This document shows, piece after piece, positions 1 through 7,254 of a stretch of DNA of 64,000 nucleotides. A program made the position numbers and the translations under genes. Origin of the DNA: Waddliaceae bacterium (lineage in GTDB: Bacteria; Chlamydiota; Chlamydiia; Chlamydiales; JABHNK01). The stretch is from contig JABHNK010000021.1 in assembly GCA_018694295.1 (NCBI GenBank), positions 19,292 to 83,291 of the forward strand, read 5' to 3'. The notes beneath the pieces are model-generated. The model saw nothing but the letters and a program-made list of their open reading frames with translations. It ran no database searches and was not told the origin of the DNA. The stretch's first letter is position 1. Every line of letters begins with the position of its first letter.

Positions 1-315
1 TTCTTTAAGAGAGCGTATAAGTTTTTTGTCTTTCTGCGAAGACGAAGGCTTCTCCTTAGACGTTTTTGTCGGGGAAGATTTTTTTTGTGGTGGTGAGGCC
101 TTTGTCGCAGTAGGTTTTTTTAGGGTGATGGTTGTGACGAGAAGCTTCTCGGGCATAGGAGGGCGCGTAGGGGTGAAAACGCCAGACAATGCCATGGCGA
201 TGATGACGATAACATGTCCGACGATAACACCGACGAAGACTTTCTTTTTTATAGAAGGCCTGGGGGAGTCTTCGAGATTGCCTAGGGGCTTTAGGTTGTA
301 GAGGTTGTCGTTCAC
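1..315 (-). CDS. TolA/TonB-like protein, N-terminal part (gene continues beyond window edge)
   Basis: Not in the ORF track because it is open at the window edge. The minus-strand read from GTG at 313-315 has a GAGG-type SD a few nt upstream and starts 10 nt after the tolR stop. It gives VNDNLYNLKPLGNLEDSPRPSIKKKVFVGVIVGHVIVIIAMALSGVF (one TM helix), then a Pro/Lys/Ser-rich tract PTATKASPPQKKSSPTKTSKEKPSS. The position after tolQ-tolR fits TolA. Confidence 0.45.
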   Translation of the reverse strand, partial: MNDNLYNLKPLGNLEDSPRPSIKKKVFVGVIVGHVIVIIAMALSGVFTPTRPPMPEKLLVTTITLKKPTATKASPPQKKSSPTKTSKEKPSSSQKDKKLIRSLKE

Positions 316-325
316 GGCAGTACCT

Positions 326-754
326 CTACGTTGGTTTTAGGATGACGTCCATCTCTTCGAAGCCGACGGCTTCTGCGACGTTTTTCACCGACTGATACGT
401 CCCGAACATTGCACGCTTGTCGTGCATAAGCTGTAGGCGGCCTCCGGGATTTAAAGCTCGAGCCTCTTTGAGGCAAAGTGTCAGCTGTGGGATGTCGACG
501 AGGCGCTCGTTGAACCATATGGTGTCGTCGTTATGGACGTGTATAGTAAGAGAACTTTTTTCTTGTAGAGTGAGAGGGTGGGTGGTAGGGCCTTTATTGC
601 CGGTAGCAAGGAGCACCCTGTCGAGCTCGAGGATAGGAGCTACGACGATGAACATAATAAGTACGACGAAGACGACGTCGATAAGAGGCGTTAGATTAAC
701 ACCAACTTCATCGAGTTCACGGTACCTAGAAAAAAGAGCTTTGTTACGTGCCAT
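326..754 (-). CDS. tolR: biopolymer transport protein ExbD/TolR
   Basis: 142 aa with an N-terminal TM containing the ExbD/TolR signature (VNLTPLIDVVFVVLIMFIV) and a periplasmic domain. Sits immediately downstream of tolQ. Confidence 0.85.
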   Translation of the reverse strand: MARNKALFSRYRELDEVGVNLTPLIDVVFVVLIMFIVVAPILELDRVLLATGNKGPTTHPLTLQEKSSLTIHVHNDDTIWFNERLVDIPQLTLCLKEARALNPGGRLQLMHDKRAMFGTYQSVKNVAEAVGFEEMDVILKPT

Positions 755-762
755 ACATATTC

Positions 763-1542
763 CTAAGTGTCTATCTTACGATATTGTAGCTCTACAGCAG
801 TAAGCATTACGGTAGAGAAATGTTCCATGTCTTTCTCAAAGTCCCTGATGGCACTTTTGAAATAATTGTATCCCACAAGGGCAGGGATGGCGACAAGAAG
901 ACCCAACACCGTCGTCGCTAGCGCCATTGACAGCCCGCCGAGGACGGCTTCGTTGCTCTGCGAGAATCCATAAGCCTGTAACTCCGAGAATGTTATGAGG
1001 ATGCCCCACACCGTGCCGAGAAGGCCTAAAAACGGCGCTAAGCTTATCGTCGTAGCGAGGATATATAGATGTTTCTCGAGTTTCTTCGCTTGGTTTGATA
1101 TTGTCGACATTATATGCGATGACACAAGGTCGACGTCAGAAGCCGATAGATATGTATGTTCGTCATCATTGTGTCCATTTTTATTTTTCGCCAAGATGTC
1201 GAGGGTATGTTTCTTGATGATGAGATATATCTCGTGGAAAGCATTACAGACGTCGGAAGAAAGAGAACCCTGTTGGTATGCCACCGATAGTGGCGACTTT
1301 TGTTGCTTCTCGAAGTTGTCTTTGAAGTCTTGCGAGATCATTCTTGTCTTGCGAAGAACTTTGCCTTTATAGATCAGCAGCGCCCAGCTTACTATCGATA
1401 AAGCAAACAGCATCAAGAAGATGCTCTTCCCGAAGAAGTCAGAACGTAGATACGACTGAAAAAAGGGGTTGCTACCCAACAGCATAAAAGAACCGCCCAT
1501 ATATGAATCCTTATATTTATTAACACTTGAACAATACAGCAT
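763..1542 (-). CDS. tolQ: MotA/TolQ/ExbB proton-channel protein
   Basis: Three TM segments and the conserved C-terminal motif APFLGLLGTVWGILITF...LATTVLGLLVAIPALVGYNYF. The true start may be an internal Met (MGGSFMLLG). Confidence 0.85.
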   Translation of the reverse strand: MLYCSSVNKYKDSYMGGSFMLLGSNPFFQSYLRSDFFGKSIFLMLFALSIVSWALLIYKGKVLRKTRMISQDFKDNFEKQQKSPLSVAYQQGSLSSDVCNAFHEIYLIIKKHTLDILAKNKNGHNDDEHTYLSASDVDLVSSHIMSTISNQAKKLEKHLYILATTISLAPFLGLLGTVWGILITFSELQAYGFSQSNEAVLGGLSMALATTVLGLLVAIPALVGYNYFKSAIRDFEKDMEHFSTVMLTAVELQYRKIDT

Positions 1543-1556
1543 TCGTAAAAATAACG

Positions 1557-2324
1557 CTACAAAAACAGTGCGCGTGCGTTGGCAGACGTCTCTTCAGCGA
1601 TGATATTGCGGGGGATATTTTTTATGCGCGCTATAGTGTCAGCAACTTCAATAACATACGCAGGTTCGTTTTTCTGCCCGCGATACTTTTGTGGCGCAAG
1701 ATATGGCGTGTCGGTCTCGATGAGAAGACGCCCCAAAGGAACCATCTCAGCGACTTTACGAAGATCGTCACTTCTCTTGAAGGTTACGATGCCGCTAAGA
1801 GAAATATACCAGCCGCGATCCAACACCTTCTCGGCGTCGGACATCGTTCCTGTGAAACAATGCAATACTGCAGGAAGGCCGCGGTATTCTTCGTCGGCGA
1901 TGGAAAATAGGTCGTCGAAAGCTTCCCTGCAGTGAATGATAACAGGAAGGCCATAAGTTTTTGCAAGGCGAAGATATCGCCGAAAAAAGTCGCGCTGAAT
2001 CTCAGGAGTGGAGTAATTGTAGTGATAGTCAAGCCCAGTCTCTCCGATTGCGACGATGGCACCGTCTCTGGCATGTTTTTCTACTACAGGAAAAAACGCT
2101 TCGCCATCTTTTTCGACGTCGTGGGGTGTCGTTGCCGCAGCGTTATATATCCACGAGTATTTTTTGTGGAGGTCCAGACCTTTTTGTAAAGAATCTTCGT
2201 CGGTGCATATGTTTACGATAGCTTCGACGCCACTATCATGGGCACGGCCGACGATGTCATCGACGGCATCCTGATCGATGAGCTCTTTACATGTAAGATG
2301 TGCATGTGAATCTATAAAACCCAA
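1557..2324 (-). CDS. tatD: TatD-family metal-dependent hydrolase/DNase
   Basis: 255 aa, TTG start. N-terminal FIDSHAHL motif; GETGLDYHY, HCREA and ETDTPYLAP motifs typical of TatD/YcfH. Confidence 0.85.
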   Translation of the reverse strand: MGFIDSHAHLTCKELIDQDAVDDIVGRAHDSGVEAIVNICTDEDSLQKGLDLHKKYSWIYNAAATTPHDVEKDGEAFFPVVEKHARDGAIVAIGETGLDYHYNYSTPEIQRDFFRRYLRLAKTYGLPVIIHCREAFDDLFSIADEEYRGLPAVLHCFTGTMSDAEKVLDRGWYISLSGIVTFKRSDDLRKVAEMVPLGRLLIETDTPYLAPQKYRGQKNEPAYVIEVADTIARIKNIPRNIIAEETSANARALFL

Positions 2325-2340
2325 TGTGTCTCCTATCTTT

Positions 2341-2682
2341 TCTTTAGTGCCATAGTGTTAGGTAAGATGGCTTAGTTCGTGACAAGCGAATATTTTTAAA
2401 TATTCGCGAGGAGCAAAATGAGCCAGATTGCCTGATACTATGGATGATAAAGAAAATAAGACATTATTTATAGTGCTAATTGCGAATTTTAAATTCGCAA
2501 TTGGTATTGTTTCTTAGACACTTTCCACCTGCTTGGCTTCACCATATTTCTTTTTGTAGTAGCGAAGCTCCATTGCTTCCTTCCTCGCAAATGTCAATAA
2601 ACATTTGCCTCGTCTTTCAGCATTGTATCTTCACCACTGCAAAAACCCTATAGTGAAGGATAGGGGACATATTGGGTTTAAC
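2341..2682 (+). repeat. Family-B composite repeat, copy B1 (~340 bp, inverted copy at 49901-50280)
   Basis: By-eye alignment to the reverse complement of 49901-50280. Shared blocks include CCATAG..AAGATGGCT.AGT..G.GACAAGC.AATA..TATTCGCGAGGAGCAAAATGAG.CAG.TTGCCTGATACTATGGATG and TTGGCTTCACCATAT...CTCGTCTTTC...ACTGCAAAAACCCTAT.G.GAAG.ATAGG. Contains several GCGAAT..ATTCGC-type hairpins. The right end overlaps the pseI stop codon. Confidence 0.8.
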
Positions 2683-3709
2683 ATATCGCCTCCCAAGAAA
2701 GGGGAGTGCCCCGAGTTAATTTCTTCGATGCCTTTTTGCCGATGATGTCGTCATAATGCTTCGGCATCAAACCATTGCCCGGCCGTACGGAGCGAATATT
2801 TTTCGATGTGAAAACCTCGCCAGTGGCGACGTCTTCGGCGACGAAGAGCGAACGCGCAAATTCACGGTTACGTTTCTCGTAGGTGGGAACGCCGAGCATC
2901 TTCTCGGCATCGCGTATCATGGCGATCATCGCTTTTGCTTCTTTTGGATCTATAGAGAAAAAAGCATCAGGGCCGCCGAGAGACTTGTCTAAGATGAAAT
3001 GCTTCTCTATAACACTGGCGCCCAACGACACAGCAGCGACGGCGGCGGCAGCGCCTAGGCTATGGTCCGAAAGGCCGACTTCTACGCCGAACTTCTCGCG
3101 CATGTCGATAATAGTAGTAAGGTTCATCTCTTCGAGAGAAGCAGGGGAGGCGCTGTTGTTCGTGCATTTTAACAGGACGACCTGTTTGTTGCCGGCATCA
3201 TGGCACGTACGTACGGCGTCTTCGACTTCTTCGAAAGAAGCTATACCCGTAGAGATAATGACAGGCTTCCCTTTCTCAGCGATATATCGTATCAAAGGAA
3301 GGTCTGTTATCTCGAAAGATGCTACCTTATATATAGGGACATCGAGACCTTCGAGGAAGTCGACGGCAGTAGTATCGAAAGGCGTAGAGAAAAATACAAG
3401 CCCACAATCTTCAGCGACCTTCTGAAGTTTGGGCTGCCAATCCCACGGCATATGAGCCTCTTCGTATAGGTCGTATAACGTCCTGTCATCCCATGGAGAA
3501 TCGCAATTTATCGTGAAATGTTCATTGTCGACGTCGAGAGTTAAAGTGTCAGGAGTATACGTCTGCAACTTTATAGCATCGAAGCCCGCCTCTTTAGCGG
3601 CGCGTATCGTCGCAGCAGCGACATCATAGTCGCCGCCATGATTCGCCGAAAGCTCGGCGACAAGAAAAACAGGTGCTGTGTCATCGAAGATTACCATATG
3701 CAACTCCAT
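2678..3709 (-). CDS. pseI: pseudaminic acid synthase (NeuB family, PseI-like)
   Basis: 343 aa. N-terminal VFLVAELSANHGG motif, TIM-barrel NeuB core, and a C-terminal SAF domain (FVAEDVATGEVFTSKNIRSVRPGNGL). Confidence 0.8.
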   Translation of the reverse strand: MELHMVIFDDTAPVFLVAELSANHGGDYDVAAATIRAAKEAGFDAIKLQTYTPDTLTLDVDNEHFTINCDSPWDDRTLYDLYEEAHMPWDWQPKLQKVAEDCGLVFFSTPFDTTAVDFLEGLDVPIYKVASFEITDLPLIRYIAEKGKPVIISTGIASFEEVEDAVRTCHDAGNKQVVLLKCTNNSASPASLEEMNLTTIIDMREKFGVEVGLSDHSLGAAAAVAAVSLGASVIEKHFILDKSLGGPDAFFSIDPKEAKAMIAMIRDAEKMLGVPTYEKRNREFARSLFVAEDVATGEVFTSKNIRSVRPGNGLMPKHYDDIIGKKASKKLTRGTPLSWEAIC

Positions 3710-3820
3710 TTGTGTTTAGTATTACTATATGAAAGTATAGATGCATCTGGTAATTTTATCATCTACTAACTTTCGGTTTAGCCCATGATTGAACTTGCAA
3801 GAGGTAAGCTTTCTAAAAAG

Positions 3821-4033
3821 TTCGGATTTAGGATTAGGATTTTTCACCACAGAGGACACAGAGAGAAATGGGGCGGTCCAGTTCACCAACATAGGTAACA
3901 CTTTAGTTCACCATTTACAGTTAATCGTTCATAGTTCAAAAATGGGGGTCTGGGGGAGATTCCCCCAGCCAGATTGTTTTCTTTCTCTGTGTCCTCTGTG
4001 ACTCTGTGGTGAAAAATTCCTATTCTGAAATTC
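3821..4033. repeat. Family-A MITE-like element, copy A1
   Basis: Terminal inverted repeats GGATTAGGATTTTTCACCACAGAGGACACAGAGAGAAA / TTTCTCTGTGTCCTCTGTGACTCTGTGGTGAAAAATTCCTATTC. Internal hairpin CTGGGGGAGATTCCCCCAG and a TTCANNG-type low-complexity module. The right end supplies the last codons and stop of the pseG/H gene. Confidence 0.8.
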
Positions 4034-5246
4034 TTTCATAAGTGAGTTTATAGGATATAATATCACCATCTTCATCGGTCTTGACAAACCCGCACCGTTC
4101 GAAAGCCCGTATTGAGGCGATATTTTCTTTCTTGACATCGGCATATATTACAGAGGCATCAGATTTTTCGCACGCCATGCGTATAAGATGCTGAGCATAG
4201 CCCTTACCGCGGAATTCCGGCGCTACAGTCACAGACACCGTCGACTTATCGAGACGTACCGTTCCTATAGCGTCGTCACCTACTATGCCGATGAAGACAT
4301 TCTTAGCATCGCGATACCATTCACAATGATTTTTCCAAGGTATCTCGTCGCTGTTTTTCGACATCATACGCGTATGAGAATCGTTACGCCATCGCCACAG
4401 AATCTCACTGTCGCTATCGATGGCGGCACGAAGCGTCAGCGTTCCAGAAATGATATCGTCTACGACATCGCGGGCACCGCGAGTGTCAGCGATAATATTA
4501 TATCCAGCTTCTGCCATAGAAGCTCTAAGGGTCTTATAATGAAGACGTTCGATGGCTCCTAAGATGTTATCGTCTTCAGATAAAGCAGCACCATTTTTGA
4601 CGAAATAAGAAACCTGCCCTTGCTGGTTGTCGGCGACGATGACAGCAACCATAGCGACACCACAGGCGGCAAGCTCGTACAATGTCTGCCCGCCGGCAGT
4701 GATGGCGACGTCGGATGATACCATTAGAGCTCTGAAATCTTCGACGTTGGGCGACGTCACTACCGTCGTCAAAGCATCGCCGACGATAGCATCGCCATGA
4801 TATCCAGGACCTACGACGACATGTTTTTTCATAAGAGGATACTTCTGGCATACGATGTCGACGACTTTAGAGGTCATACACATAGGGTCGCTGCCACCGA
4901 AGGTTATGAGGATAGATTCCGGGGCGTCTTTTATATCTTTCTTCGGAACGTCCCAGAACGCCTTCCTAAGCAACGTTTCTTTGCCGTCTTCTACGTAAAA
5001 TGTTGTGACGGCGTTTCCCGATATCGTAGCACGCACCGCGTCGGAAGCATGGTAGCTGTCGATGACGGCAATGTCGCTAGCAATAATTCCATCACCATCA
5101 TGCCACGAAGGTGAAACGCCACCTTCGGCGATGACCATTGTTGCCTTCACATCTTTTTCTTCGAAGGCTTCTGACAATGCTGTGCACCGTGATATATGGC
5201 CAAGGCCATACTCTCCGCCGCCTTCTGTGTATATCGTTGCCTTCAT
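4020..5246 (-). CDS. fusion protein: PseG-like UDP-sugar hydrolase (N-terminal) + PseH-like GNAT N-acetyltransferase (C-terminal)
   Basis: 408 aa. N-terminal MKATIYTEGGGEYGLGHISRCTALSEAF and ILITFGGSDP match the PseG glycosyltransferase-28-like fold. The C-terminal ~135 aa (LRAAIDSDSEILWRWRNDSHTRMM...EWYRD...VAPEFRGKGYAQHLI) match the PseH/GNAT pattern. Confidence 0.7.
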   Translation of the reverse strand: MKATIYTEGGGEYGLGHISRCTALSEAFEEKDVKATMVIAEGGVSPSWHDGDGIIASDIAVIDSYHASDAVRATISGNAVTTFYVEDGKETLLRKAFWDVPKKDIKDAPESILITFGGSDPMCMTSKVVDIVCQKYPLMKKHVVVGPGYHGDAIVGDALTTVVTSPNVEDFRALMVSSDVAITAGGQTLYELAACGVAMVAVIVADNQQGQVSYFVKNGAALSEDDNILGAIERLHYKTLRASMAEAGYNIIADTRGARDVVDDIISGTLTLRAAIDSDSEILWRWRNDSHTRMMSKNSDEIPWKNHCEWYRDAKNVFIGIVGDDAIGTVRLDKSTVSVTVAPEFRGKGYAQHLIRMACEKSDASVIYADVKKENIASIRAFERCGFVKTDEDGDIISYKLTYERISE

Positions 5247-5953
5247 AATAACACCTCAGAGTGCTGGAATAATTCTACGACATCCTCTCCGGTAAAATGA
5301 CGTCCTTCTTTATAAAGAGAAGCGTACACTTCACAAAGAACAGTATAGTCGTCGGCAGTATCGAGAGTAATACGTATCTCGGGAGCGCATAACGACTCGG
5401 GAGCTTCGACGTTCTGTAATACGAAAGCCTTAGCGCCAGTATCATAAATATATGGCGTTACATGCTCGCGGTCGTAAGAACTAGTAGCCTCGTTATATGC
5501 GCGCTCTAGTGTTGCGAAAGAAAAAACCTCAACATCAAAACCATGAGGATATGTCCTTACTATAGTGTTAGAAGTATAGTCGACAGAAGAAGAACAGTGC
5601 CTTCGTATTACCTCGTCAACGATAGAAGACGATATACAAGGGCAGTCGCTAGTAATTCGTACTATTATATCAAGACCGTGTTCCTTAGCAGCAAGGTAGT
5701 ACCTCGATAGGACGTCTTCCATAGAACCACGGAAATATGGGACGCTATTGGAAACTGCAGTGTCGACAATGATGTCATCGCTAGGGTCCGACGTCGTAGC
5801 AACAATAACAGTATCTATAAGCTTCGACGCGCTGAGCCTTACAATGACATGTTCTAGTACCGACGTCTCACCACTACGAGGTAACGGCATCATCACCTTA
5901 CCAGGAAGACGTGACGAAGACATGCGTGCCTGTACGATAGCTCCTATCTTCAC
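5243..5953 (-). CDS. SpsF/PseF-type acylneuraminate cytidylyltransferase-family protein
   Basis: 236 aa. N-terminal MKIGAIVQARMSSSRLPGKV nucleotidyltransferase motif and ITSDCP motif. 4-nt overlap with the downstream pseG/H gene (operon). Confidence 0.65.
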   Translation of the reverse strand: MKIGAIVQARMSSSRLPGKVMMPLPRSGETSVLEHVIVRLSASKLIDTVIVATTSDPSDDIIVDTAVSNSVPYFRGSMEDVLSRYYLAAKEHGLDIIVRITSDCPCISSSIVDEVIRRHCSSSVDYTSNTIVRTYPHGFDVEVFSFATLERAYNEATSSYDREHVTPYIYDTGAKAFVLQNVEAPESLCAPEIRITLDTADDYTVLCEVYASLYKEGRHFTGEDVVELFQHSEVLL

Positions 5954-6033
5954 AACAAAAGTCCTTGTTTTTTTTTGGGTTGTTCTTTAATTCTTATGAT
6001 TATAGAATGTTGCTGAATTTTTGGGTATAGCTT

Positions 6034-7008
6034 ATGTATAGAGTAAAAGATCTTTATAAAGAACACGGCACAGCGCTGAGCCTTAAAATCGTTGAAAGCG
6101 AAGAATGCATGAAACGAAGTATCCGCTCACAAGACGTTCAAAGGCCAGGGCTTGCATTGTCGGGATATCTTTATGGGCATACAGGCAGAAGGATCATCGT
6201 CTTCGGGAAAGTCGAGATGGGATACCTCCGTGATATGCCTAAAGAAATGCGTATAGAACGGTTAAGGGCAATATTCTCCATGACAGTGCCAGCAGTAATC
6301 GTCTCTAGAAACTATAGACCCACCAAAGAAATCGTCGATCTGTGCTCGGAATATGGGATACCATTGTTCAGGTCTAAGATGATGACGATGAACCTCATCA
6401 GCAAATTAACACTACTCCTAAACGAAGCATTCGCTCCAAACGTCAGCATGCACGGCACCTTCGTCGAAGTCTTCGGCGTAGGAGCAATAATAACAGGCGA
6501 TTCGTCGGTAGGAAAAAGTGAGACGGCACTAGGACTCCTAGAACGCGGACATCGCCTCGTCTCCGATGACGTCGTCATAATAAAAAAACGTGAATACTCA
6601 TACCTCGAAGGAACAGGAGCAGAACTGACAAGACACCATATGGAGATTCGAGGAATAGGGATAATAAACGTCGCTAACCTATACGGCGCTGTGTGTATAA
6701 GAGAAAGTAAACGCGTAGACCTCGTAATAAAACTAGAAGCATGGAACGACACGAAGTTCTATGACAGGATAGGCCTCTCAGAGAAACATTGCGATATCCT
6801 CGGCGTAAAAGTTCCACACCACACCGTTCCACTTAAGCCAGGACGCGACCTCGTACTACTAGTAGAAACAATAGTACTTAATCACAGACTGAAAAAAGTG
6901 GGATATAACTCCGCAGAAGAGTTCAACACAAAACTCCTAGAAGTAATAGCACGCAAATCGAAGACAGGAAAAGCGCAACATGAAGAACACCTGCAAAGTA
7001 CGCGTTAA
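6034..7008 (+). CDS. hprK: HPr kinase/phosphorylase
   Basis: 324 aa. Walker A GDSSVGKSETALGLLERGHRLVSDD and the downstream EIRGIGIINV signature. Confidence 0.9.
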   Translation: MYRVKDLYKEHGTALSLKIVESEECMKRSIRSQDVQRPGLALSGYLYGHTGRRIIVFGKVEMGYLRDMPKEMRIERLRAIFSMTVPAVIVSRNYRPTKEIVDLCSEYGIPLFRSKMMTMNLISKLTLLLNEAFAPNVSMHGTFVEVFGVGAIITGDSSVGKSETALGLLERGHRLVSDDVVIIKKREYSYLEGTGAELTRHHMEIRGIGIINVANLYGAVCIRESKRVDLVIKLEAWNDTKFYDRIGLSEKHCDILGVKVPHHTVPLKPGRDLVLLVETIVLNHRLKKVGYNSAEEFNTKLLEVIARKSKTGKAQHEEHLQSTR

Positions 7009-7249
7009 GAATGCATTAGGGCTGCATACACGGCCAGCAACGTCGATAGTACAGATGCTGCAAAGCTGTAAAAGTAAGGTGAGAATCACCTATAGAAGGC
7101 AGACGATAGACGCCAAAAGCATACTTAGTATATTGATGCTAGCAGTACATAAAAATGCTAATATAACAATAGACGTCGAAGGTTCCGATTCTGATATCGT
7201 CATGAAGGAACTCGTCGATGCCTTTGAAAATAAGTTCGGAGAGGGATAA
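6980..7249 (+). CDS. ptsH: phosphocarrier protein HPr
   Basis: 89 aa with the NALGLHTRPA active-site His region. Overlaps the hprK 3' end by 29 nt. Confidence 0.85.
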   Translation: MKNTCKVRVKNALGLHTRPATSIVQMLQSCKSKVRITYRRQTIDAKSILSILMLAVHKNANITIDVEGSDSDIVMKELVDAFENKFGEG

Positions 7250-7254
7250 AATAT

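Noticed and set aside
236-275. CTGGGGGAG and CTAGGGG words inside the TolA-like coding region resembling family-A hairpin modules
   Set aside because: Neither word has its complementary half nearby, no TIRs are present, and the reading frame is continuous. Probably coincidence.
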